NCBI GenBank assembly: GCA_951406725.2
Contig: OX597825.1
Coordinates: forward strand, 86,304,001-86,368,000
Direction: 5' to 3'
Source of the DNA: Octopus vulgaris
Lineage: Eukaryota
DNA: 64,000 bases
Of this stretch, positions 24,475 to 38,674 are shown piece after piece. The notes under the pieces were generated by a model. The model saw only the letters and a program-made list of their open reading frames with translations, was not told where the DNA came from and did not search any database. The first letter of the stretch is position 1, and each line of letters begins with the position of its first letter. Position numbers and translations under genes: made by a program.

Positions 24475-25859
24475 GTAAGCTGTTTGAATGGTTTGCTTGC
24501 TTTTTTGAGGGGGGAATATTCGTATTAAGGCTTGTTAACACTTATCAACATTATACAGAGGCAGAATGATATTATATATATCAACTTTGGCCATCTTTTC
24601 TAATTCGGTCTCTCTGCCATCATTTGACTCTGCAGCATCCATGACTTTCAGAAAGAAATTTCTATGTTCAGAATGATCAAAACATGGGATGAAGTACCCA
24701 TGTCAGTTATTAACAGACTTCTTTCAAAAATTCCATGTTTACTCAAACTTACCAATGATATTTCTTCTAACCAGCTTTGCCTTACTGGCACCTGTGCCCC
24801 TGTGCTAGTTGGGTGCCAAGAGCACCATCTGAGTGTGATTGTTGCCAGAGAAGCCGACTGGCTTCCGTGCCAGTAACATGTAGGAGGCACCATTCGAGCA
24901 GGATTGTTACCAGCATCGCCTTACTGGCACCTGTGCCGATGGCATGTGTGAAAAATTTGAGTGAGGTCGTTGTCAGTGCTGCCTGACTGGACCCCATGCT
25001 GGTGGCACATAAAAAGCACCCACTACACTCTCGGAGTGGTTGGCGTTAGGAAGGGCATCCAGCTATAGAAACTCTGCCAGATCAAGTATCGATGGCTCAC
25101 CCTATCGAAAATGGCGACACAGCTGTCAAAAAATCGTAAAAGAATAGGGATTTTCATAGGAAAAAAGCACCTTTTTGATGTAAATAATTTTTGGTGTTAA
25201 CATGGTCAGATTTGAAATTTTTCTCCTACGGAAGGAAGAGCAAGCCTTCTTCTATCATACTCTCAATTTTGGTCAACTTGCACCGCAGGGTCTTGGAGGA
25301 GATAAGTGTTAGTTGAAGGCTACCAACCTACCATACACACACAACTTCAGCTTATATATAGAGAGAGATAAGGATCAATCCTGGTGCAGCCTTCTGGTTC
25401 GCCAGCCCACAGTCAAACCGTCCAACCCATGCTAGCATGGAAAGCAGACGTTAAACGATGATGATGATGTCTGATAGCTTTTTCCTTTCTCTGACTCTTT
25501 TAATGTTTCCCTTTTCTCTCTTTTATGGCTTCTTTTTGTGTGCTGCGCATCTGTTTCTAGCCTTCATTACTGCCTTTCTTTACTTTACTCACTGTCCCCT
25601 CTTTTAACCTTTTCTAACAAGTTGTAGTGCATCTGAGCCCTGGTAATATACAAAGAAACTCGTTATTATTTGAATGCCTTCAATTCTGTTCCACAGTTAA
25701 TTAATATTAATTACTTCTTGGTGTAAATGGAAGCACAATAACAACTCACAAAACAGAAGTTGATAAATATCTGACATTCAGAGATGCTATTCCTTTTCAT
25801 TGCAACTTCAATAATATTCTTTCTTACAATTCCCAAAATAACCAGGCAATTTCAACAAG

Positions 25860-26390
<531 letters not shown>

Positions 26391-26751
26391 TTTTTCTCCA
26401 TAACTTATCATCCTCTTCATCATCACCATCAACCTCATCGTCATCATACTCATTGTTGTCATTGTCCACTTTTCAATGCTTGCCTGGTTCGGATGGAATT
26501 CACTGAGGCTCATTTTTATGACCAGATGTCCTCCCTGTTGACAACCCTTTCCTCTTTCTAGACAAGACATGTTCTTCATGGGCGACTGGAAACAAACAAC
26601 ACCACTTTTATGATGGTGATACTTATTTACAAATATCACATAATGTCAGGCAAGGGTACACACACACACATGCACACATGCACACACACACACACAGACA
26701 CGCACACACACACACACACACACGCACACACATGCACACACGCACACACAT

Positions 26752-26790
<39 letters not shown>

Positions 26791-27020
26791 ACAGGCTTCT
26801 TTCACTTTCTGTTTGCTAAATCCACTCATGAGACTAGTTTTCCTTGGGTTGTAGTAAAGAAACTTGCCCAAGATGCCATGTAGCAGAATTGAACCTGAAA
26901 TTATATGCTTTGGAAGCAAGCTTCTGAACAACACAGCTCATGTGTCTATTTTATAATGCTGGTGTGTGTGGTGTGTAATGTTGCTGAGTGGTAAGCATAC
27001 AACTAGTCATTATTATAAGC

Positions 27021-27098
<78 letters not shown>

Positions 27099-27687
27099 TG
27101 TTGTAGTAGTTGTAGAGTGCCGGGTAACTGTTAAGTGGTATCATATGATATCTCTTCTCTTTGTGAATTCATATGTAACATGGCTCAACGTTGCCAGTGT
27201 ATCCTTCCATGGTCAATTAACACAAATACCAATGACCGAATGGTGTTGTTGGTTTCCCTTCTCTTATTCCTCCTCCATAAATACATGTGGTGTTTCTCTG
27301 AACAATACTTTTATAAACTGTCATCAATATAAGGGCAGATGCTATCGACTTACCCAACCCCCTGAAATTGCTGGCCTTGTGCCAAAATTTGAAACCAATA
27401 TTAGCACAGTAGAAAGAGCAGAACTGAGACGAATGATGGACAACAGCACCAAGTAATGTTTAATTATAGTTCTTCCTGTTCTCGGCTGTTCATAGGTTGA
27501 TCAAATTATGTATTGATTAATTAAAGTATTAAATTTCCATCAAAGTTAAAATCACACTACAATGGATATTGCCTTTCATGCTTCAGAGTTCGTTAAATAA
27601 CAACCCAGTTAATTACTGGGTCGTCTTGATCAGCTGCTTTGGCTTCTATAAATAGTTGAGCTTGTGCCTATGTAAGACATAGTTCTT

Positions 27688-27732
<45 letters not shown>

Positions 27733-28371
27733 ATGGTACTGAATTGTCAGAAACACTCAAATGTCTTTCAGTATTTTCACTTCTCTTATAGATTTCCGAT
27801 TCATAAATTGGTCTTACACTTAGTCATTACCACCACCAACCACCACCATCCTCATCGTTGCCCTGATGCTTGTTTTAACATCCGTTTTCCCATGCTGTCA
27901 TGACTTTATGGGTCCCACTGTATCCCAACCCTTATAACAGTAACCCATCATCCAACAACGGAGAGAAAAACCAATAATTGTCATGGTGGTGGTGGCTGTT
28001 GTCAGTGTTGTGTTTCTGGTTTTTACATCACCCACAATAAGAGCTACAGTTGAGAAGGGCATTAAACAAGGAGATACCATCTTCCCAAAGCTCTTCTCCG
28101 AATGTCTCAGAATGGGTCTTCAGAGACATTGCCCAGGAAGGTGGTGTCACCTCATGTCATTATATGTGGTTGGTTGCTGTTGTCAAGTTGGTGAATGAAA
28201 ATGTATTTCATTGGCTGCATGAATAATTGAAGCTAAACCCACACATTTTTAACTGAAATACTTATTGCTGCCACACTTAAAGATGATTGTTATTGGATAC
28301 TTACAATTAATGACATGAATAATTACAGACTGGGAGAGAGCCACTGCTGAGGTTACAGAAAGCTATCTGTA

Positions 28372-28675
28372 CAGCAACATATTTCAAGAAGTTTCCGGAC
28401 TAGTTATGTTTAATAAAAAATAAATTATCTACCTAAGTTTTAACATCATCTCCTTTGAAGTAGTCACCTGGTGCAGTAATACACCATTTCTAGCATTCCT
28501 TCCCACTTTTAGAATCTAGCCTGGAAGACGTTTTCCTAAGCTAGTTGAGGAACTTTTGTGGTTTGCTCTAGATCTTGACAACAGTGTTAGAATGGTGATC
28601 TTTGAGCTGCATTTTCATCTTGGGGATGAGATGGAAGTCTGCTGGTGCTAAATCTGGTGAATAGGGCAGGTGTAG
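28372..28675 (-). mobile_element. mariner transposase C-terminal remnant
   Basis: Translation HLPYSPDLAPADFHLIPKMKMQLK...CITAPGDYFKGD. Confidence 0.8.
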
Positions 28676-29058
28676 AAGCGATACCAGAAGGATGAAAAGC
28701 AAAGTTAATCATGATGGAATTTGAACTCAGAACATAAAGAGTTAGAAGAAACTCTGCTGAGTATGTTTTCCATTGTACCTAGGATCCAATCAGATTGCTG
28801 CCTTAATAATAATAATAATAACAATAATATTAATAATCCTTTCTGCTATAGGTAAAAGGCCTGAAATTTTGTGAGAGGAGGTTAGTCTTAGTGCTTGACA
28901 GGTACTTATTTCACAGACCCTGAAAGGATGAAAAGCAAAGTCAACCTCAGCAGAATTTGTACTCAGAATGTAAAGACAAATGAAATACTGCTAAGCATTT
29001 TGCCCCATGTACTAATGATTCTGCCAGCTCACTACCATAATGATAATAATAATAATAA

Positions 29059-29505
29059 TGTTTCTTTATTAACCACTAAGGGTTCACGACACATTGCGGA
29101 CAGCAGAGGACAATACAATGTGGGGTTATGTAAAAGCATATAAAAAGTAAAAAATTATAACAATGAATAATTTCCCAGAAGAGGTAGACTTCCTAGGGCT
29201 GCCCTGACCACTAGGGCAATTGCCTTCTCCACATTGTTCTCCTTCAACCTACAGGCACATGCTTAGAGTAAGCCCATTCACTCAGAATATTCTTGCAACA
29301 TTCACCTACCTTTTCACAAAATTATAGGAAGGCAGCACTTCCCTCTCTATCCTCATTTTCCTCTTCAAGTGAAACTTGGAAAAATTGATGAGGGCTTGGC
29401 CAAAGAGGCAAGTATCTGTCTTCAGCCCTTTCAGTCTGGTCCACGACACAACCTTTTTCACTAAGGCCACCAGGTAAGGAACAATTGCCTGCCCTTACTG
29501 GCAAC
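29059..29505 (-). mobile_element. 3' fragment of a second Tx1 subfamily with an (ATT)n tail
   Basis: LVALVKKVVSWTRLKGLKTDTCLFGQALINFSKFHLKRKMRIEREV is homologous to the C-terminus of the 21596-23630 element. It has the same TAATAAAGAAACA end. Confidence 0.8.
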
Positions 29506-29515
29506 AACAACATCA

Positions 29516-29710
29516 GTGGAGGTGCAATGGCCCAGTCATTAGGGTAGCAGACTTGTGGTCGTAAGAACATGGTTTCAATTCCCAGACCGGGTATTGTGAG
29601 TGTTTATTGAGCAAAAACACCTAAGCTCCATGAGGCTCCGGCGGAAGGGGGGGGGGGTTGACCCCGCTGTGCCCTTTCACCACAACTTTCTCTCACTCTT
29701 TCTTCCTACT
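29516..29710 (+). mobile_element. tRNA-derived SINE family D (5' part)
   Basis: GTGGAGGTGCAATGGCCCAGT...GGTTTCAATTCCCAGACC; related to 55627-55933. Confidence 0.7.
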
Positions 29711-30109
29711 TCTGCCACAAAGCAGAGGAACCATGGTGTAACCCACTATAGTGTGGTAAACTTTCAGACCCTAGTCTAGATTGCGAATCTTCTGTACCCC
29801 AGGATGGTTCAGCTCTCCACCCGTTAAAAGCCACCGTTTACGGAATGAGGATAACAACATAGCTTTTGCGCCCATGCAACTGCCAGTCTATCGCATGTGG
29901 TGGGTGGATCTTCAAGTTGCCACACGCATTCTTAGTAGCTAAGAGGAGGCTCGAATTAGAGATTATTCTTTGTGGCTAATGGTGTGAGTCCTGATTGGAA
30001 GAAGAAGAAGAAGAAGAAGAAGAAGAAGAAGACGACAACAACAACAGCAATAATAATAATAATTAAGAGAGAGAGAGGGGGGGGAGAAGGGCAGAGAGAG
30101 AAAGAGAGA

Positions 30110-30534
30110 GAATATAGAGAGAAAAATGAGAAAATCTATGAAGAATCAAGCACATAGAAATGGCACTGATTGTGGGTGGTGCACTGGGAGTAGTTAGTAA
30201 AACATTGGCTGCATGACTTGAGAAGGTAGGAATTACCATCAGGATGGGAGTGTTGCAGGAGGAAACAGCCTTGTTAGGAACAGCAGGGATTCTAAGAAGA
30301 GTGTTAGGTGAAGTTGAAGGAGAAGAAATGACCCAAAGGACCTTTGGCTATTGGAAATAGCTCACTCTTTTAGTATAGTGTCAGTATAACATCTGCCAGA
30401 GCAAATACGGCCAGAATAATCAGGAAAGTATTAGTTGAAAAGAACAGATAGTATGGTACTGTAGGCTGCAGGCAGCAAGCCCACTATGCAAGCAAGACTC
30501 CAGAAGTTCCAACAAAAGCTGGAGTAAAAAGAAA
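30110..30534 (+). mobile_element. R4/Dong-clade non-LTR element 3' fragment followed by (AAT)n (30533-30606)
   Basis: MALIVGGALGVVSKTL...LQEETALLGTAGILRRVL matches the R4 C-terminal motif VVGALG...LQK-ALLGTA-ILR-VL. Confidence 0.75.
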
Positions 30535-30545
30535 TAATGATGATG

Positions 30546-30597
<52 letters not shown>

Positions 30598-30990
30598 TAA
30601 TAATAATTTTATTTTCAATTAGTTAGATAAGTGAATTTTTTTCTAATCAACTTTTATATTTGGTCCTTTCTTCTATTAATCTAAAAGTATTTCTGTTTTG
30701 TGTGTGAATTCTGACTATTTTTGGAAATATCTCTTTTAATGACAGCAGTGAGAAATACAGTAAAAGACAGTTCTCAGGGTATAAAACAAAATATTTAGAA
30801 CAGGGTATGTACAGAAACATGTACAGTTAGAAACAGCATTGACAAAAGCTTGGTGAAATAATCAAGGAAATGTATTATCAGTAATTCTTACTATACAGAG
30901 CTTTAATAACTTTGGATTACTATTGTTCTACCATTGGTAAAGATGGCATTGTTTGTACAGAATTCTCTTTCTGTACAAATGAATGTATGT

Positions 30991-31049
<59 letters not shown>

Positions 31050-31290
31050 TGCATGTATGCATGTGCTTGTGTGTATGTGTGTGTGTATTTGTGTGAATAT
31101 GTGTATATGCACATGTTTCATGTATTCTGGTTTTACAGCAATGCATGCAAATGTCTGTGAGTCTGTGAGTGTGTGTGTATATGTATATATATATATATAT
31201 ACACAGACACACTCACACACATATATATAAATATATACGTTGTATGTGTGTCTCTATATATATTTATATAATTTGACATATATGTGTGTA

Positions 31291-31338
<48 letters not shown>

Positions 31339-31872
31339 TATAAATAAAAAAAATGAAGAACAAACACAAAACCAACTACGTGAGGATATGGCACTGTGTG
31401 TGTGTGTGTGTATGTGGAGAGAGAGATAGAGGGAATGTATGTATGTGCAATTGTTAGCCAAGTTATATATATATACATATATATATAAGTATATATGTAT
31501 ATTCAGCTATTATAAATGTATTATAACTAACTATATAGTATAAACTCAGTACAAAATACTATCGACTTCTGTATTCAAGTTTGTGGTATCGCTTTGACTC
31601 TTTCTAACAAAAAAATACTGTTTCATGTGTGCATGTGTGTGTGGAGAGAGAGAGAGAGAGAGGGGGATGTATGTGTGCATGTATGTGCAATTGTTTGCCG
31701 AGTTATCTGATTTTACTAAAGTGTATGCTTATGAGAGAGAGACTCATATACATGCATCCACAGACATTAGATATATTTTGTATGAAGAGCAGACAAACGT
31801 TACTCCAACAAATTTACACATAAGATAACAAAAAGCCCATGTAATCTGAACTGATGAGGAAGCCCCTGTGCT

Positions 31873-32068
31873 ACCACTTCTCAATCACGGCTCCCAGGGC
31901 TGCATGCAGCTCCCAAGCATCCTTCTCGTGGCCCTTGATGGTCTTCCCTTTATAAATATAATAAATTTTTCTTTAATTGACTTGTGATTTACTCTTTGGT
32001 GTGTCAGCCCCCTAAAAACATCCGGGTTTCGTATTTGGCTCAGAAATTAAAATGGTTGAGAACCACTG
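31873..32068. mobile_element. hAT-like MITE
   Basis: The right end is GGTTGAGAACCACTG, and the left end is a degenerate CCACTTCTCAATC...GGGCTGCATGCAGCTCC. Confidence 0.5.
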
Positions 32069-34324
32069 CACTACCCAGTTGCACGATTTGCAAGAAATAG
32101 CAGCCAAATCTTGTTCAACTCAAACTCACAGTGAACAGTGAAGTCTCTGAAGTACAAAATCGATAGGATGGTCATGAATGGAATGCTTCTGATCATAGAT
32201 CCATTCAAGCACGTCTGACCGATGGTTAAACAACAACAACAACAATAACAACTCATTTGAAAGAATGTTTACACAAAATTGAGTTTGTAAAGTATTAGTT
32301 TATTGTGTGTTTCCACTGGTCTTTGTTCTAACTGCATGGGCCAAGAATTGAACCCAAGTTGTGAGGCTAACTATCTAACTGATACAGATTGACATTGATA
32401 CATGCAGATATTAATAGCTTTTAAATCTTTTATCTTTTACTTGTTTCACTCATTAGACTGTGGCCATGCTGGGGCGCCACCTTGAAGGATTTTTGTTGAA
32501 TGAATCAACCCCTGCACTTTTATTTTTAAGCCTGATACTATTTCTATCGGTCTCTTTGGTGAACCACTAAGTTACAGGGACATAAACACACCAACACTGG
32601 TAGTCAAGTGGTGGTGATGATGGGGACAAACACAGATACAAAGACATACACACAGGTAGATATGAGCCTGGTGCAGCCTCCTGGCTCTCCAGACCTCAGT
32701 CAAACTGTCCAATCCATGCCAGCACGGAAAATGGTCATTAAACGATGAGGATGATGATGATATGACAGGTTTCTTTCAGCTTTCATCTACCGAATCCACT
32801 CATAAGGCTTTGGTCAGCACAAGGCTATAGTCGAAGTCTCTTGCCCAAGGTGCCATGCAGTAGGACTGAACCTGGACCCATGTGGTTGGGAAGGAAAGTT
32901 CTTATCAGACAGCCATGCCTGAACCTATACATGTACATATATTGATACATGGAGACACTTATACATGTAGATATTAGTTTCTAATATTGATTCAAGGCTA
33001 TACATCAGGAGATGTAAAGCCAATTAAATCAGCTCCTGTACTTGAGTGGTATTTTGTTTAATTAACCCTGAAAGGATGACAGCCACAACTCATCTGATGC
33101 AATTCGGACACAGAATATAAAGTGACATAACAAAACACTGCAAGACATTTTCTCCAATTATTTATCATTTCTACTGATTCTCCACACATGTACCCGTATA
33201 AATTGGCTTCAAAATTTGGCACAAGGCCAGCAAGTTTAGGGGAGGGAGCATGTTGATTACATCGACCCCAGTGGCTCATATTTTATTGACCCTGAAAAGA
33301 TGAAAGGTAAAGTCAACCTCAGTGGAATTTGAACTCAGAACACGAAGATGGATGAAACATGTATCTGTGTATATTGGCAATCTTTTAACAAGCTAAGGAG
33401 GGAGCTTCTGCACAGTTGTTTGACTTACTAGACATAGCCACCAAATCTCCCTTAAATCTTAGAAAAAGTAGGACACGTTGGATGATGTAGTCTGTTTCTC
33501 ATTAACCACACTGAACAGCAAACATTTTCAACATTTGGCAACAACTGCCAAATGATTTGAAAAATACTGAATTGCTATAAAAGCTATAAAATCTAAACCT
33601 GCAAGGGAGTTCCTTCATTTCCCTCTTCAAAGTTACCATTATTAAGGATCACTCTTATTCCTACAACCCTAATCAACTGTTCGAGCTTCTCAACACACTA
33701 AACAACTTTTACCATTTTTTTCTCTGACCAAACTCTCAAAAATATTTCATTTAACACAATTATGAAGCTATTCAAAATTAAGACTAGACTTAACCCCTTC
33801 AACAATTTACATCCTTTGACCAGGACATTACACTAAATACCCACAGACCAGTGTACTTAAGGTTTCACCTTTTAGTGATGTTCTGTTAAAATGGTAGGTC
33901 AGTTCTTTTATTCAAAAGATAGGATGGGTCTCTGTAATGTTTGATGAATTTCTTTGAAAGGTGTGTCACTAATGGACTTTTCTGAAACTAGTAACATAAG
34001 AAGCATGCTATAAACGAGTTCTTTTAAATTTGTTCATTCAAAAAGCTAAGTGTTAATGGATTTCATAAATTTATGTTTAACTTTGGTTAAGGTGTGTTAG
34101 TGTACATAAAAACATATTAATATAATGCAAGCATGTGCACACACACACACAACCCCACCCAATCACACACACACACGCACATGCATAAATACATGTTCTT
34201 ATATATATATATATATATACATATATATTTATATAATTTATATACACATATATATGTACATAAACATAAATGTACATTCACATACATACATGTATGTATG
34301 TACATATATTTACTTTTTTTACAG

Positions 34325-35415
34325 AGGTAAAAGCAACAGAAATAATTACAGAGTTATCAATTTGTGGACCAGGTGGTGGAAGTTACAGAGAGGGTTGTAG
34401 CTTAACTAATTAGAAAGTGAGTTAGCCCAGATGAGATGCAGTTTTGTTTTATGATTGGTAGAAGCGCTACTGATGGTATATCCCTGATAAGGCAACTGTA
34501 GAAGTATTTAGCCAAGAATAAACCTCTGTACTTGGCTTTTGTCAGCATGAAGGAAGTCTTTGACAGGGTATCCTGGCAATATGGAAGCTAGGGATAGATG
34601 AGTGGTTGGTGAGAGTTGTACAAGTCATGAACAAGAATGCTATCAATAAGGTGAAAGTCGGCAATGAGTATAGTAACGAATTTAGTGTACAGGTAGGAGT
34701 CCCCCAAGAATTGGTTCTCAGTCCCATCTTGTTCATTATAGTCCTCCAAGCCATAACAGAGGAATTTAAGACCGGCTGCCCTTGTGAGATGCAGTTTGGT
34801 TTTGTGCCAGGGAGAAGTACTACTGATGCTATATTCCTGGTAAGGCAGCTCTAGGAGACATACTTAGCCAAAAATGCATCTCTGTACTTGGCTTTTGTTG
34901 ACATAAAGAAAGCCTTTGACAGGGTAACCTGCTCTCTTATCTGCTGGTCAATGCAGAAACTAGGGATAGATAAGTAGTTGGTAAGAGCTGTACAAACCAA
35001 GTACAGGGATGCTGTCAGTAAGGTGAAAGTTGGTAATGATGAATATAGCAATGAATTCAGTGTAGAGGTAGGAGTTTACCTGTATAGAGTATAAGAGAGA
35101 AAACTGCACTGGTATGGTCAGGTGATGCACATTGATGAGGACAGCTGCATAAAGAAGTGTCAGTCTCTAATTGTGAAAAGAACTATGGAAGGGTTAGACC
35201 TAGGAAGATGCAGGACAAGGTGGTAAAATATGATCTCTGGTTGTTGAGCCACACAGAGACGTCTGGTGATTTGCTACGCTTGAGAAGATATGTCAAGGTA
35301 AGTGAAATATGGTCAATGCCAGTGCTGGTGACTTCCCAGTCCCAGTTGAACCATCTAACCCATGCCAGCATGGAAAGCAGACACTAGATGATGATGATGA
35401 CAATGATGATGATGA
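34325..35415 (+). mobile_element. Rearranged RTE LINE fragments (RT segment present twice, then the 3' end)
   Basis: The EMQFGF...STTDAIFL segment begins at both about 34433 and about 34786; the fragment ends in (GAT)n. Confidence 0.8.
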
Positions 35416-36256
35416 TATATATATGTGTATACTCAGAGTCAAAGGATAAGAAATTATTCATAAAACCTGATAGAAGCCAAATGGAAAGCAGAATTGATAA
35501 AAAGTAGATAAAATATGGCAAAATTGGTAGAAATATGATAAAATTAAAGGTTTCAAATTTTGGTACTGGGGCCAGCAGGTTTTGAGAGGAGGAGGAAGTT
35601 GATAATATAAACCCCTATTTAATTTGTACTTATTTTATCAACCCCAAAAGGATGAACAACAAAGAATTTGAATTTAGAACATAAAGATGGACGAAATGCC
35701 ACTTAGAGTTTTTCAGTTGACCACCTTAAAATACAATAAACTTAATGAAAATGATTTAAATTCTGTTGGCTGAGAGCCTGTCCTGTTATGTGAGAAGCTC
35801 TGTCTAAGCTTGCAAGTGTGACTACATGGATTGCATTTTAGCTTCTGTGTGTGTCTCAGTCATTGCTTTCTGAACAGCAAGACCAATCTTGGGACCTACA
35901 CTACAACTGATAGATCTGTTAGGCATGTACATGTTTTAGAGGCCAAAGCAGAGTAAGGTTTTGTTCTAACGTGAGTGGATTATGTTCTTACATTCCAATC
36001 ACCTTTTCTTCAAACTGTAAACTCTCTAAAAGACTTCATTTTAACAAAGTGATTCAACATTATGGATCTAACATTGTAGATCTAATTCCATTTGCCTCAA
36101 ACTTTCCTTTAATCTTGTCTTTGTTGTGCAAAAGTGGGCTTCCACCATGATAAGTGCGGGCATTTAAAAGCTGACCATAAAGAAATATTTGGGTGTTTCT
36201 AGAATCTTCTATATGAATAGCATGCCTTGTCTGTCTGTCTGCCTGTCTATCTATGC

Positions 36257-36296
<40 letters not shown>

Positions 36297-36368
36297 TGTG
36301 AGCATATATGTGTATATATGTGTGAATGTGTATTACACACACACACATACACACATGTTTGTATAATA

Positions 36369-37585
36369 TTGGGTTGGCCAAAAAATCTGTTCATTTTTTA
36401 ATGAAAATAAGACACAAGTTTTAAACACAAACCATTGTATTCATTCTATGATTTAATCATCATTTTGTTCCTGTATCTCCAGCCATCTTCTTAGTGAATC
36501 CATTATTCCCTGCTCAAAGAATTTCCTGTTTTTACTGGTGAAAATTCTTTCAGGTGAATTATTATATCCTCTTCAGAGTTGAATGTCAGTTCATTCAATG
36601 GATTTTGAAGAGACCAAGATGGGAGGAAATTTGAAGACAAAACTCCCTAGCCAAGCCCTAGTAACTTCTGTCATGTTTGCAAAGTAGTGTGTGGTTTGGA
36701 ATTGTTGTGATGAAAGACAATGACTTTACAATTAGCAAGTGCTGGATGTTTCTGGTGGATTGCTGTGTGTAATTTGTCCAGCTGGTCACAGTACACATCT
36801 GACTTGATGGCCCTGTCCATAGGAAAAAGCTTGTTAAAAACAACACTCTTCAAGTCCCACCAAATTGAAAGCATCACACTTCTTTGAGTAAACTCCTGTT
36901 TTGGAGATTATTTCTGGTGGTTTACTGCACTTCCTCCATGATCGTTTGTGCTTCACATCGTTATAGGCACTTCATATTTTGTCCCCTGTCATCATCCTCT
37001 TAAAAAATGGATAATTTTTTTTCATGGTTTTGCGATGTATCAGAGATGGAAATCTGTTGGGTGAGTTATCTTCATTCAGTTGATGTGGGACCCAAACATG
37101 CTGATGTATCCAAGTTCATACAAATTGTTTTGCAACACTTAATTTGGGTATTTGAGGAATATCTACAATCATCCTGGTTGTATAATGGGGGCTGGTGACA
37201 CTGTTAATTTCAGTTGGCCAGCTAGAGTGAGGTGCCTCTTGGATCAAAATATTTCCTGATCGATATCTTGAAAATCACTTCTGGCACACATGTTCCATAA
37301 CAACATCCTCTCCATTCACAGTGCATATCTTCCCGCAGGTTTCTACTGCATTCTCACTGTTTTAAAAATAAAAAGGCACAAGGTGTTGAGATTGTTTGTT
37401 TTGGTTTTCAATTTCCAGGTTGATCCCAAGTTCACAAAATGCAACTTGTCATGTTGCAAGTTTTGCATCAAACTGAGTTGAAGTTTCAAGTATCTAACAA
37501 GTGTGCATGCACGAGGGACTGGTGTAAGTTAGCTACTGGAAGTTTAGTGTCAACAAAAACCAATTGGACTTTTTGGCAATCCCAG
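36369..37585 (-). mobile_element. Near-full-length decayed mariner element
   Basis: TA-flanked TIRs TTGGGTTGGCCAAAAAA and TTTTTGGCAATCCCAG. Translation MLSIWWDLKSVVF..VYCDQLDKLHTAIHQKHPAL..VIVFHHNNSKPHT. Confidence 0.88.
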
Positions 37586-38040
37586 TATACATAGAGTTGA
37601 ATTGTTGATGTAATAACGATGCTTTGGTGATTTGAAGAGCCACCTTTTTTATTTGCATTGACTTGAGTCTATGCAATTGTATTTTATAATGCATAACATG
37701 CAAATAAATGTAAACCTGTAAATATAATTTGATTTCACTCTGAAATTATTATTTCCTGAAGAAAGCTGCCAAACAGCTGCAATCCTAAGGATGTCAAGTG
37801 GTTTAGTAAATATATTCATCTCTTATACTTCCTGATATTTTATGGTTTATATGTTCCTCATGCATCGATCAGAGGTTTTGGATCTCAGTTGCATGGACAC
37901 TCTATATCTCGTATTGAATTTCAATGTGGTCTGATAGCTAAATCCATTAGAAGAGCTTTCTGTGATACCCACACAGTTCTCTGAATTCATATGTTATACT
38001 TCAAACCTGTATATGCACACACACACACACACACACACAC

Positions 38041-38118
<78 letters not shown>

Positions 38119-38577
38119 GCATAGGCATGTGTATATGTATACATATGCACACATATACATACACTCGGTCACACACACATACACATATATATAGACACAC
38201 ATATACACAGATATATATATTTGTGAGCATAATAGTGGGTATATGTGTGTGTGTATTAACAGGTTGATTTAGCCGTGCATTACTTAAAGTTTCCTAAAAG
38301 TAAATCAACATTTCAATCATCGGAAACACAGGACTGAAGAAACCTGTCAATGCATACGTTTAATACACACACACAGCGTGCGTGTATATATATATACACA
38401 CACAGGTACGCATATCAACAACTAAAAATGTACACACTACATCTTGTGGATGTGTTGTGTACAGTTTTCATTTGTTGATACACTTACCTTTACATATATG
38501 TGCAAGTGGATGCAACTGTGTGTGCATATGTGTGTATACATACATAAATATGTGTAAGCATACATAAATATACATAC

Positions 38578-38628
<51 letters not shown>

Positions 38629-38642
38629 TACATACAGTCATG

Positions 38643-38674
<32 letters not shown>

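Noticed and set aside
24092-24569. 149-aa poly-Val and poly-Thr ORFs, and the many YIYI, HTHT, LSIY and SLSL ORFs elsewhere
   Set aside because: Stop-free frames caused by microsatellites.
24630-24780. Apparent exon KEISMFRMIKTWDEVPMSVI after an AG
   Set aside because: It resembles the C-terminal end of a CR1/L2-type LINE (R--FF--RV---WN-LP-SVV) and has no donor before the RTE tail.
28020-28115. ORF 27983-28198 as a host gene
   Set aside because: KGIKQGDTIFPKLF is an isolated LINE RT motif fragment.
31851-31857. CTGATGA as a hammerhead core (also on the minus strand at 50631-50637)
   Set aside because: No suitably placed GAAA/stem III/UH or stem I partner was found.
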